DNA from: Mobula hypostoma
Taxonomy: Eukaryota
Assembly: GCF_963921235.1 (NCBI RefSeq)
Contig: NC_086109.1
Span: 14,510,001 to 14,574,000 of the forward strand
Length of the DNA stretch: 64,000 nucleotides
Reading direction: 5' to 3'
Part shown: positions 25,523-38,355 of the stretch, in pieces
How positions within the stretch are numbered: position 1 is the first letter of the stretch
How the letters are laid out: each line of letters starts with the position of its first letter
The notes under the pieces: model-generated
Databases searched by the model: none
Told to the model about the DNA's origin: nothing
Seen by the model: the letters and a program-made list of their open reading frames with translations, nothing else
Program-made: the position numbers and the translations under genes

Positions 25523-26828
25523 CAATGGAAGAAAAGAGTACGAGTAAGTCTCAGCAAAAAAGAAAACAACCTACTACTTTGCTGGAATGAAATCAGCTGA
25601 TGCTGATATCAGCAGGGAATGTTTATCAATAAGGCAGCAATCAATCTGCATAGGTCCCTTCTGTTCCGGCTCCCTGAAACTCTGGTACATCAGTCACTCA
25701 GAGGAAGTTTTTCACAGCTATACTCCCTGACCTCTGACATGCCCTCCAGCTCCTCTTGTGTACAGATTCAGTTCGGTTTTATCTTAGTGACTCCATGGTG
25801 TTTGGTCTGTGGTAGAATAATTGATAGGAACCTTTGGAATGATTAGCCAAATATTGTATTATCCTTGTATCAATAGAACAGGAGAGAAAGGCAAACACAA
25901 GACTTAATACCTCTGTAGCAAGGAGGCTTGGTGCTTTACCAGCTCAAAGCTCCTAGCAACAGAGAGCAGACTCCTTGCTGTCCCATCATCACTCACTCTA
26001 GCCGAATTAGGCCATTCGGTCCATCAAATCAGCCCTGCTGAAGTCACTGTGAAAGTGCATCAGGCAACTGCTCAAGTTCATAAAACCCATAACCTACATA
26101 GTAGCATCTATTCAAGACCATAAGACCATCGGAGCAGTATTGAGGTATTCTGCCCATACTGTCTGCTCTGCCATTCCACCATGGCTGAATTATTTTCCCT
26201 TTTGACCCCATTTTCCTGCCTTCTCTCAGTAATCTGTGATGCCTTTACTAATCAAGAACCTATCAACCTCCACTTAACATATACTCAGTGACTTGGCCCC
26301 CACAGCCACCTGTGTCAATAAATTCCACAGATTCACTACCCTCTAGCCAAAGCAATTCCTCCTCATAAAATGCCTGTTATAAAAGCTGTAGGACTCAGTA
26401 AAAAGGGAATGGGTTAAAAAGCAAATGGGTAAAAGATATGGCTGAGTTTATAATTTATTACAATGTGCTGTGCAACTATAAATTGTTTTTTTTAAACGCA
26501 GAAAACAAAATTTTCAAGACCCTTTTTTGAAGGAGACAAGAGAATAAATAGGATCGAACCTCTTTTCGGTGCCCAAAACAGCCCATGATGTAACGCAAAT
26601 AACTCTGTCCTTTTGGAGGCAATTTCACACTCCCTTTTGATAGGCAAATATGAGTCAGTAAGAGTTGTATTCATTCCTGTACGCCTACAATTAAAAAGAA
26701 CCCACACCGATCCCCCAATTGAACAGCTCTCTAACCATATCTCCGCCTTACTCAAGAGCTGACAGCATATCCACCTTCCCACCTCCAGATGAGCACTAAC
26801 CTGTATGCAATTGAAATACCATGCTTAC

Positions 26829-26967
26829 CTTGAGTGCCTGTTCTTGGGAGTTTTCTGAAACCAAGGTGTGATTGGATATCTCACTGGCAATGCTGACTGG
26901 GCGAAGCCCTTCCCCTCCTCCTCCTTCACCTCGCACTTCTGTCCGGTTTGACATATTGGACAAAGGT
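26829..26967 (-). CDS. PLEKHA6: PLEKHA6-like coding exon (PLSNMSNRTEVRGEGGGGEGLRPVSIASEISNHTLVSENSQEQALK); internal ATG at 26954
   Basis: Acceptor gttatttcag| and donor |GTAAGC; 139 nt, phase 2 to 0. MSNRT...RP...SEISNHTLVSE resembles the N-terminus of short human PLEKHA6 (MSNKTGGKRP...SDIPNHNMVSE). Confidence 0.9.
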
Positions 26968-29900
26968 CTGAAATAACAAGTGTGTCATTCTTAGAGGTTA
27001 GCTTAAAAGAACTCCCAGTGTCGAGTTACTAGCTGCATCTTTCTGCTTGATTGTTATTTGTTTATATCAAAAGTGTATCCCTGGTGAATTATTATAACAC
27101 CCCGACACTGTGTATAATAATTCTTTTATTTCTTTTGCTTTAAATAAATCTTTTACTTCTCCTTTCAAATATGATTCTCCCAATAAGCTGCATGTTACTG
27201 GAACATGCGATTTACATTTTGATGGTGTGTTTTGGGCCAATTGAGCGATCAGGTGCTTTGCTGTCTCCAAGGGAATTCGGTGAGGTTTGGAGCGGAGTGG
27301 GGCCTGAAGCCTGCAAGCTCTTGGTAGACCCTGTTGCTTCTCTCCAACTGAGGCGTCGAGCAAGGCTGAAGTCGATGAGAACGAGAGCGGAGGACAGGCG
27401 GCCGTTCGGTGCTGTGTGCCTGCGTCTGACCCGTCTTCCCTCCCGCTCACTAGCTGCTGTCAGAGGAAACTGCAGGACTCTTGGGATCCACATTGCATGG
27501 ATTGATTGACGAGGCTTTGGACCCATTCTGGGGGACTTTGAGGTTCATGCTGCATGTGTTTCTGGATTCTGGTTACCTTCTTTTGCTGTATTTTGAGCAG
27601 TTTGATTAGGGCAATTGATGCGGACTAGGGTGCTCCAGCGAAGAATGGCTCAGTGGCCTGCAGGGAGCTAGTGGCACAGCACTGAACTGAGCTCAAATGA
27701 ATACTACTGGACTTCTGGTTTGATGTTTGATATTCTATGCGTTGCTCACCCGCTTTTTGCTGTTTGCACAATTTGTTCTCTTTTCGCATATTGGGTGTTG
27801 ATGTTTTCTTGAAAAGGTTCCATGATGTTTCTTTGTTTCGTGACTGTTGCAAAGGATGAATCTCAGAATTGTATTTTGTATACATATATTTTCATAATAT
27901 TGACTTTGAATATTTGAGATACAAATTGCAATGTAGGATTTGGAGGAATTTCAAAGTAAATTTATTATCAAACTATATATTATATACTACCTAGAGATTC
28001 ACCTTCTTGTAGGTATTCACAGTGGAGCAAAGAAATACAATAGAATCAATGAAAAACTACACAAATACAAAGACTGACGAACAACCAATGTACAAAAGAA
28101 GACGAACTGTGCAAATACAAAAACACTCAATCACTAATAATAATAATAGCAAATAAATGAATAGTCAATAAATAATGTTAAGAACATGAGTTGTAGAGTC
28201 CCTGAAAGTGGGTTGATAGGTTGTGGAAACAGTTCAGTGTCGAGGTGAGTGAAGTTTATCCATGCTGGTTCAGGACCCCCATCACCCAGGGCATGCTCTC
28301 TTCCCGCTGCTGCCATCAGGAAGGTGGTACAGGAGCCTCAGGACTCACACCACCAGGTTCAGGAACAATGACTACCCCTCAACCATTAGGTTCTTAAACC
28401 AAAGGGGAAAACTTCACTTCAGCATTGAAATGTTCCCACAACCTTCACCTTGGAGGACTCTATTTCATGCTCTTGATATTTATTGCTTATTTATTTATTA
28501 TTATTATTTCTTTCCTTTTGTATTTGTGCAGTTTGTGTCTCTTGCATACTGGTTGTATGCCCAAACTGGTGTAGTCTTCCATTGATTCCCTAAAGGTTAA
28601 TATTATATTACGATATACTGAGTATGTCTGCAAGAAAATGTATCTCAGGGTTGTATATGATGAAATATATGTACTTTGATAATAAATTTTCTTCAAACGT
28701 CAATAGTTGAGTGGTAATAATTGTTCCTGAACCTGGAGATATGGGAACTAAGGCTTCTGTTCCCCTACCTAGAGGTAGTAGGTAGTGTCATCCGTAGAGG
28801 ACAGATTGATAGAATTCACAGATACTGACTTAGCAACTGAAGTCTTCTTGGTGCGACTGTGCTTGTAGATATCAAATGGGGGTCCTTGTTGAATTACCTC
28901 CATCTCCAAACAAGCAGATTGGAATGCTGGATTTTGGAGGAATTAGGAGGCTTCATTGACAGGAATTGCTTTTCTTTTACATAGAATTACTTTGCAGCTT
29001 AGCTGAGCAGAGAGCTGGAAAGAACAGATCCCAGTGCAGGTGTGTGACTGTGATGCATATGTACATCTGTTGGTTTACAGATCTAACGACTTGCTATATT
29101 TGGATGTGTTACCTTGGTACGTAACCTCTAGCGTAGGTGGCATAAGATGCAGCTGTATTCTTTATCAAAACTTCAAGTCAGAGTTAGGTTAAGTCAAATT
29201 TAAGTCAAAAAGAAATATTGAAAGATTCGTATTGAATCTTCCCCCATTTTATTTTACAAATGTACAATCAAAGACTGCAGGGCAGCTGTTGTGGGGATAT
29301 GCTCTGAATAAAGGCAAGGTGACAATTCTCTGTGAAATCAGACACCTACACACACGCTTTCAGAGCTCTGTGCTCACAATTCAATGAAATAAACACTTTC
29401 TCCACCACCCCCAACATTCTCTTCACCCTTTTTCATTTCTTCAAACATTTTTTCCTCAGGAGTGAGCACACAGTTTGGCAGAAACTACAGCTCATAATCA
29501 CTATCACTCCCTCACCCAAATTTTTTATCTCATCTTCTGCCAAAGATTGTCTTTCTATTTTTTTAAATTTTCATTTTATTTCCTATTTCCCCTAAAGAAG
29601 GCTATTTGGGCTATTGAGTCCATGCAGAGCAATAGCATCAACTCCATCCCCACTTGCTTCCACACACGTGCCAAATCCAGGCGAAGGGTCCCGACTGCCC
29701 GTTTCCCTGCACAGAGAGCGCCTGAGCCAGCGAGATCCTCAAGCCCTTTGTTTGCTGCTCCACGCCAACTAACACCCTGCGATTCTACCAGCCGCCACCC
29801 ACACTTGATGGACTTTACAGGAGTCAATCAGTGTAACAATGAGCATGTCTTTTAGGAATGCAGGGAAGAAACCAAAGTAAAAGTTAGAGATTAGCATTGT

Positions 29901-30329
29901 TTGTCACATGTACATGAAGATATACAGTGAAACGCACCGTTTGTGTCACCAATCAATAAGGTCCAAAGATGTGCTCGGGGCAGTCCACAAGTATCACAGA
30001 GCATGCCCACAACTTACTAACCCTAATCCGTACCTTTAGAATGAGTTAGAAACTTATGAGGTCCCGGGGAGAACGTACATACTTTTTACAGAGAGCAACA
30101 GGGACTGAACCTCGTTTGTGTGGAATTTGCATGTTGCCTGTTATTCTCTGGTAGGGATCAAGGCCTGAGGTCAGAATCAAACCTAAGTAACTTGCGAGGG
30201 GAGGCAGCTGTAGCATCACTACACCACCCTTAAAGATCCAAAAACATCCCTCCAGATGAGAAGCAGGGGAGGTCTCCCTCAGTGCACTGGCCAATAATTG
30301 TCCCTTAGGGAACACAGGGAACAAACTCC

Positions 30330-30665
30330 ACAGAGTAACTTTGCCCCATCCACTGCAAAGGGCAGGATCTCCCAGTGGCCACCCATTTCAATTCCACTTA
30401 CCGTTCCCATTCTGACATGCCTGTCCATGGACTCCTCAACGGCCACAATGAGGCCGAACTCAAATAGGAGGAGGAGCGCCTCATATTCTGTCAGGGCAGC
30501 CTCCAACCTGATGGCACAAACACTGATTTCACAAACCTCTGGCATTTTCTTTCCCTTCCTTCTTTCTTCATTCTCCATTCTGATTCCCCTCTCACCCCTT
30601 CCCTTCTCCCCGCTTCCCTTCTCCCTACCTGCCCGCCACCTCCCTCTGGTACCATTCCTTCTTCC
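30330..30665 (+). mobile_element. Penelope GIY-YIG C-terminal remnant
   Basis: cccagtggccacccatttcaattccact...cacaatgaggccgaactc...ctccaacctgatggc, homologous to 53530-53670 and 63600-63700. Confidence 0.7.
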
Positions 30666-33600
30666 CTGTCTGTAGTGGTCCACTGGGTGGGAGGGAGAAA
30701 AGGGGCTTATTTTTCCGCTATTGTTTTGTTTAGTTTCTGTTGTTGTGTTGTTGCTGCCGCCGCTTGTGTTGATCTGCCAAGCATTGTGGGCACGCCATGT
30801 TAGCACTGGAATGTGTGGCGACTCTTGTGGGCTGCTCCCAGCACATCCTTGGGTTGTGTTGCTTGTTATGACAAGCAGCACATTTAACTGTTTGTTTCAA
30901 TGTACATGTGATACAATAAATATGATATATCAATCTGAATGTCATAGGCTTAAGGTGAAAGGTGAAATATTTATGGGGAGTCTGAGGGGAAGTCTCTTCA
31001 CTCAGAAGGTGAAACAAGTGAGGAATCAGCTGCCGGTGGAAGTGGTAGACGTGTGTTCAACTGTAACATCTAAGAGAAGTTTGGAGAGGTACAGGGATGG
31101 AAGGAATTTGGTAGTTGCAGTTAGATAGGACTAATGGGACAAGGTGAAGATCAGGAGGGCATGGACTGAATGGGATGAAGAGCTTCTTTCTGTCTTATCT
31201 ATGACTCTGTGGATTTGCCGGCTTCTGCCAAGGCTGTAGGCGTTTTCTGCCATGTGAGGACTCTATCCCCAGCCGCACTTCTGACTAGCGAACCTTCCAG
31301 TTTACGAACAGTTCACGGAAACGGAGCGCTGGGGAGGAGCCGTAAATAACAACAGCGACTACCCTTCAAAAGTACTTCATTGGCTGTAAAAAGCTTTGGG
31401 ACATGCAAAATACAAAAGTAAAAAGTTTCAAAATAGACTTGCAAGATCTTTTACGTCTACCTAAGAGGGGGTGGGGGACGGGTTTCAGCAAGGCCTACAA
31501 TTCAGCATATTGTCGACAGCACAGCGTTCCATCAGCTCTGAGAGACTGGTCTAGGTTTTGTGTAGGGCCTTCTGGAGGGACTAGACCCAGGGCCTTCTGC
31601 TATTCACTGAACCATGGGTAGATCAGTTCTCTCAGTACCGAGCTCAGCTAAACTGCAAAGCAACACCCTTCCAATTTATAAAACTTCCCATTCCTACCAA
31701 AATACTAAACTGCAAACCAAATCGCTGCTTGCAGATGGTGAAGTTTAAACTGAATCACGGCCACAGGTTCATTCCACGGTACCTAAGCCAGCTCCTACAA
31801 AGGTATTTGGATTTCATAACTGCCTTTGGGATGGGAACATTGCACACAGAGTCAGAAAGCCTGAGGTGCCTGTTCTGCCTGGAACCATGAATGCCATTTG
31901 TGATAGATCGAAACCACAGTTCACACAATGCACTACTGTCAAAGAGTTTAATCCAAACACACAAATAGACACAAATAACATATTCCCCATAGCTGCCCCA
32001 CCTGACAAACAGATACAGGAGTGAGAAACACGCATTTCATTACGTCATGAGTTACATTATTATTGGTAGTTGTCTGTCTCAAAAAGGCCACGGAGACTGT
32101 GCTGCAAGTTGGGTTCTTGGGTAACAGCCTAGATTCTGATGGAGAGACATCAACACTACAGCAACACGCAAATTGCTGGAGGAACTCAGCAGGTAAAACA
32201 GCATCGGGGGTAGGGGGGGAAGGTAAAGGAATTGTCAGTGTTTCAGGCGGAAACCCTGTATCAGGGCATTCCCTTTCTACTTCTCCCCCACCCCCACGCT
32301 GCTCGACCACCGACTTCCTCCCACAGAATGCTTGCTGCTCCACGTTCCAGCACTTGCAGTCTGTTGCATCTCCAAGCTGAAACAGGAGCTCTCTCCACAG
32401 ATACTGCCAGGCTTGCTGAATTATCTTCTAATTTTATTTTAGATTTCCAGCATCTGTGGTTTTTATTTTTGCTTTCAGACACAGATTCCTAAGAGCCTGA
32501 ACGTAACAAGTGGACCCATCAGCTGAATGCGTCAGGCATTACAAGTGGCATTTTTGCCTTATCTGCTCTCTGTCCCAACACTAACCTTCTCCATCTCAAG
32601 GGCAAAGCAACTTTACACTTGTAATGGTCTAAAGTAATTGGTCCATTACCTCTAGAACTTCCTCTACATCCTGCTGCAAAACTCATTCTCTCTCAATCAA
32701 CAAAATGACCCAGGGACAGAAAAAGCAAATTTAACTTATGACTCCTATGCTGGCTTTATGTTCAGTATGATTTTAGTCTTAATTGACAGTAGGTGAGCAG
32801 TATTGAATGAAGTTTAAAGCCAGGTTTACTTCAGTCCCATGAGCATCAAGCCCTTTGAACTTCATAGAAAGCATCCTGATGGAAATCTTTTCCTAATATA
32901 GAGCAAGCTTTCTACCTGAAATGACGACAATTGCTTTCCCCTACAGATGCTGATAGACGTGCTGCAGTCACGCCTGGCTAATTGTTTATTTTAATCTATT
33001 CAGACATAAAGCACAGTGACAGAACCTTCCGGCTCAATGTGCCGGCATTGTCCAATTATACCCATGTGATCAGTTAACCTACTTGCCCACGCGTCTTTGG
33101 AATGAGGCAAGTATTTGTCCGTTCTCCCATGACTACGTAGGTTTACTCTGGGCGCTCTGGTTTCATCCCACATTCCAAAGGGGCCCGGGTTAGGGTTAGT
33201 GAGTTGTGACACCCTATATTGGCATCGGAAGCATGGCGACACCTGCAGACTCCCCCCAGCACATCCTCGGACTGTGTGGACCGTTGACACAAACGACGCA
33301 CTTCACTGTACGTTCCGACGTACATCTCACAAATAAAGCTAAATATTATGCTATAATAGGTCCTGTGACCAAAAGAATACTGAAACATGCAAGTCTTTGG
33401 CAATATCTTAAAGTCAGCAAGGATGAGAAGTCTGGAAGGTGTGGGGGGGGTGTGGTTTATGGACAGAATTGCTGACGCAAATGGACTTGGTCCTGGAGGT
33501 ACCAATACAGCAAGGACAATGCATGGGTGGCGTAACAGGCCAGATTACAATAATATTCCCCTGATTTCACCTTAGCTGTCAAGTTGCAGCAGCATTTCTG

Positions 33601-34170
33601 AATTATAATCCACATGAGTAAGGAATAATTGGAAAAACAGAGCTCCCATCACTCGTCCACATCAGAACTACAAAACACCAGGCCAGCAGGTTCATCCAGT
33701 ATGGAAGCTGACTGAACTGTTGATGGTCTCTGGGACTTTGGGAGAACAGCTGACTTTCTGGGACTGTACCTTGTTGCTGTACAGACTCTGAAGTAGGAGA
33801 GAATAAAATTCAACTGGGAGCAATCAAGGGACATACAAGTGAGTGAGTGAGCGAATGTTGGCAGGTAGCTAACTGGATAAGTAGGGGATAGATGAGTGAA
33901 GTGAAGTGAGGTAAAGGAAGGTGATGAGTGTGTGTAAATAAGTGAGTGAAAGGTTAGCGGGTGAAAGTATTGTGTCAGGTGAATGAGTGGGTGAATGAAA
34001 AGAAAGAGACAAGAGGAAGAACCAGTAGAATGGGAGGCAACTAGGGCCTAGGGAAGCAGATACATTAGAGTGAAGGAGAGGAGAAAACTCCATTGAATTG
34101 GTACCCTTCACCATTGGAAGAGAAATACGAAAAGTGGCCACTAATACAAAGGGAACAGATCTTGACTTAC

Positions 34171-34254
34171 TTGTCTTCCAGTTTGAAGATGCAGTTCTCA
34201 ATGGGAACCACCCCTGTCACTGGGTCCTGGAACGTGGTAGTTCTTTCATTGTGG
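34171..34254 (-). CDS. PLEKHA6: PLEKHA6-like coding exon, C-terminal half of a WW domain (HNERTTTFQDPVTGVVPIENCIFKLED)
   Basis: Acceptor tgtgtttcag| and donor |GTAAGT; 84 nt, phase 2 to 2. Homologous to the PLEKHA5 HNERKVTCKHPVTG...DNCIF and PLEKHA7 HNQQTTAFRHPVTG exon; AA|A joins in frame to exon 26967. Confidence 0.9.
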
Positions 34255-36861
34255 CTGAAACACAATAGAAGAGTTTCATTAAAACAGCAATATACACTTT
34301 AATGGTTAACACTTACATTGAAAAATGTACATGATCACAAATGCTGAACATCTGGCCGAATTTTTGCCAAGTTGTGTCTTATCCATTTCACCAATACTGG
34401 AGGAGAACCATTTCCAACTTACGGTTGAGAGTTTCTTCTAAAAATATCGGGTATATTGTTTAACAGTGCAGGGGATTCAGGGCTCATGAGGAGAGGTTAT
34501 ATAGTGAAGCCCTTGGAAAAAACACACTTAGCAACCCAACCCTGCAAAGGGTTTTAAAACCAGCCTCCAATGAAATACTCTGACCGACCTCAGAGGAGCA
34601 GCAATTGGAGAGTGGATGACTGGGAGATAGGCAAAAGATTCAATAGTTTGTGATGAGTAATCTGAGGGAGGGCGGAAGAGGCAGAAAAATCAGAGCAAGT
34701 CAGGGTGGAATTCCAAAGCTTAGGTCCTGGGCATTTAAAGCCCTGGTCTCAGTTCAATGAGAAAGGTAAGGACACACAAGATGACAGTGTCACTGGACTA
34801 TAGAGGTTTGGGAGAGAGGATCAGACTTCTTCCATCTGGGATCCAAAAAAGCGTAAGAATTTAAAAATTAAAGCATTGAAAAGCCAGTGGCCAATTTACA
34901 AGGGTGATGAATTGCATGGTGATGGGTGGAAGGGTGGTGATATATCTCTACCAAAGGAGGATAAGGCGCTCCTTCCCTCTGCTAGCCTGCAAGTCATCCT
35001 TAGACAAGGTATAGCACTGGTTTAGCCACCTGATCAGGGTCACGTGAAGCCATGGGTACAGGTGCTGGATGGCTGTATGAGCAGCTGGTGCATGTCACAA
35101 GTCCTGGTTATGACACCACTGATGCCAGGTGGACAACTTCCGAAGAGAATTGATAATGGCTGAGGTCACACATTTTGTAAAGACACTGCCCAGAAGGCGG
35201 CAATGGCAAAACACTTCTGTGGAACAATCTGCCAAGAACAATCATGGTCAAAGACATGGCACATAACGAATGAATGAAAAGAGAAGGAGAGAAGGGGGAA
35301 ACTGGTAAGCAATTAGAAATAACCAGCACGAGAGCATTGGCTCCAACAGTATTGCTTGTGCTGATTCATTAATTACTTTCCACTTACTTTACCGTGTGGC
35401 GCAGTAGCTTAGTGGTTAGGGTAACGCTTTACAGTGCCAGCAACTGGAAGATCGGGGTTCAATTCCTGCTGCCTGAAAGGAGTTAGTATGTTTTCCCTGT
35501 GACCACGTAGGTTTCTCCAGTTTCCACCCACATTCCAAAGATGTACGAGTTAGGGGTAGTGAGTTGTGGGCATATTATGTTGGCGTCAGAAGCACGGCAA
35601 TACTTGTGGGATGCCCCCAGCACATCTTCGGGTTTCTTCTTAACGCAAGTGTCATGTTCACTTTGATATTTCCATGTACCTTTGACAAATTAAGCTAGCC
35701 TCTCTCTTTAAGCTCTTTATTGCGGGTGGACCAAAATCAGTGCTGTAGTAAATTAAGCTAAACCGTACCAGCGCAGCAGCTAAATCAGATACAGTGAGGT
35801 GCAAAAATGTAGTTATCTTACATGGTCTCATTGCTGCCAAGGTAGAACAAACACTTGAAATGATTACAGTTTCCACAAGGAGCGACCCCACATCAAATAC
35901 ACAAGTGGGCTCCAATGGCTCGGCAGCCCTGCTTGTTTTCTTCTAGGCTTCAAATAAAATGGATTCCTTAAAAGCCACCAGGAATACCGAAGCGTCAAGG
36001 AGCTGACCAGAGGCTCGGTATGACTGGCACACTGTCATGAAAAAGAAGCAACAGTCTCCTATGCAAGGGTCACTTACCTTGTTAAAGAATTGCAGGAATA
36101 TTTCCTGCACCACATCAAGAGAAAAGAAATATGCATTCCTGAATTCCATTTCAGGGCAGTCAATAGCTGCAAGCCTCTAAATTGTTGTAGAGAAAACGTC
36201 TCCTAAAATTGCATTTAAACATTGTAATGAGTGGTGCACTCTGCCAAGCACACTCTCAACATTGGCTAACCCTTCTGAAAACTCCATGCTTGGTTACTCA
36301 TTCTGTAAACACCTCCTCCCCTAACCTGCTTGTTATTGTAGTGCTGACAGCAATTATTGAGCCATTGTCACGTTACCCCCTTGGTGGGTCATTTATTCCA
36401 TTACACCCCATCTCATCTACCAGACCACAGCCCACCACTATCACTAAACCTGAAAGTATTCACTCCGGCTCCTCCCAGGTCCTATAATGGTGAATGGACA
36501 GTAAGTGCTATTGCTGGGTTTTGCAGCCAAACAGTGTATTCTTTGTACCTAGAGAGTGCCATAAGCTTGTCTCCTGATATCTCCATTTGTGGAGGCCACC
36601 AGATGTGGTTGCATCGGAGCCGGCACAAGGTCACAAGAAGCTGCATAGGGTTGTAGCCTTAGCCAGCTTTCATCATGGAAACAACCATCTCCACCACCAA
36701 TGTCATCTTCTAGAGGCAGTACCTCAAAAGGCATAATCCAGCATATAAAAGACCCTCACATTGGGACACCCGCTTTTCTCATTACCACTATCAGGGAGAA
36801 GGCACAGGAGCCCGAAGATGCACGCTCAGTGATTCATATACACAGCATCCTCCCTCCGCAA

Positions 36862-37160
36862 ACATGAGGAAATCTCCAGATGCTGGAAATCCAAACCAAC
36901 GCAGACAAAAAGCTGGAGGAACTCAGCAGGTTGAGCAGCATCTATGGAAAAGGAAACACAGTCAATGTTTCGGGCCGAGACCCTTCTTCCGGACTGAGAA
37001 AGAGGGGAGAAGATGCCAGGATAAAGAGGAGGGGGGAGGGGGAGGAGGCCAGCTGGAAGATGATGGGTGAAGCCAGTGGGGGGGGGGGAGGGGGTGTGGG
37101 GCGGTTGGAAAAGTTAAGGGCTGGAGAAGAAAGAATCTGATAGGAGAGGAGAGTGGACCT
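36862..37160 (-). mobile_element. Penelope terminal-repeat remnant nested in a LINE 3' end
   Basis: Same terminal-repeat sequence; hammerhead-like motif 36960-36995 with core mutation CGGAAGA. Confidence 0.7.
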
Positions 37161-37741
37161 CAACTATCAGATTTCTGATAAACCCATGAATATTAGCTCA
37201 CTATTCCTTTTGTTTTGCACTATTTATTTTGTAAATTAACATCTTTGCATTGTACTGCTGCTGTAAACAAAAAATTGCACATCAAGATCTGATAATAAAT
37301 CTGTTCCTACTGAGTGTTTCCATAATTATTTCCAATCCCCCACTGCTTTCCTGCTTTTGACCACATTCTCATCAAGAGGAGTGCTGACGCTAGGTTTTGA
37401 CTTGAAAGATAGACAATTCCTTTCCTCCGACAGATACAGTTTGACCTGCCAAGTTCCTCCAGCAAGTTGTTCGGCACTGTGTTTTTTTCCCCCAACTTTC
37501 ATTTCTTCAGCTTCTCATGATCTAAATGTCTCTCAGTTCCTACCCTGAATATATTCAATGACCATCTCCAGAGCATTCTGGGGTGCAGACTTCTGGTGTC
37601 ACTATTCTCTCAGTGACAAAATTCCTCCTATCCCCACTTTAAATGGGTGACTCATTATTCCAGAACGATATCTGCTGGTCTAAATACCCGACCGTGGGGC
37701 GCATCATCTTAATACCCACTATCACAAGCCCCTTCCAAATA

Positions 37742-38355
37742 CGAGGCGTGATTGACAGGTTCGTGGCCTAATGTAGAAGGAGTCAACTTTAGAAAACCTA
37801 GCACATTTATTTTTCAACATAGTCCCCTCCTACATTTACACACTAAGTCCAGTGGTCGTGGAGTATACAGACCTTGGACGTCCAGAAAGTGTCCACAGCA
37901 GGGGTGTTTGATAAGTTCGTGGCCTAAGGTAGAAGGAGCTGAGTTATACGGCTTATGTTACATGCATATGCAGCTCAACTCTTTGAGTGATTATGCAGAA
38001 AGTTTGAAGCTAATAACTCATCAGTTAATAATTCATCAGGGGTGATTGATAAGTTCATGGCCTATGGTAGAAGGAGATGAGTTATTAACTTCAAGCTTTC
38101 TGCATAATCACTCAAAGTGTTGAACTGCGTGTGCACGTAACAAGAGCCATATAACTCATCTCCTTTTACCTTAGGCCACAAACTTATCAATCACCCTGCC
38201 GTGGGCACCTTCTGGAGGTCCAAGATCTGTATGCTCCACGAGCGCTGGACTAAGTGTGTAAATGTAGGAGGGGACTATGTTGAAAAATAAATGTGCTAGG
38301 TTTTCTGAAATTGACTCCTCCTACTTTAGGCCACAAACTTATCCATCACCCCTCG
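37742..38355. mobile_element. Non-autonomous Tc1/mariner-type MITE with long inverted arms
   Basis: TA|CGAGG...CCTCG|TA ends; arms of about 270 bp that are reverse complements; repeated internal motif GGGTGATTGATAAGTTCGTGGCCTAAGGTAGAAGGA. Confidence 0.85.

Noticed and set aside
804..34254. Assignment to PLEKHA5, PLEKHA7 or PLEKHA4
   Set aside because: GWLFKQASSGVKxWNKRW, DRCLFYY, SIPLxSFR and the MSNxT exon fit PLEKHA6 better. A phylogeny would be decisive.
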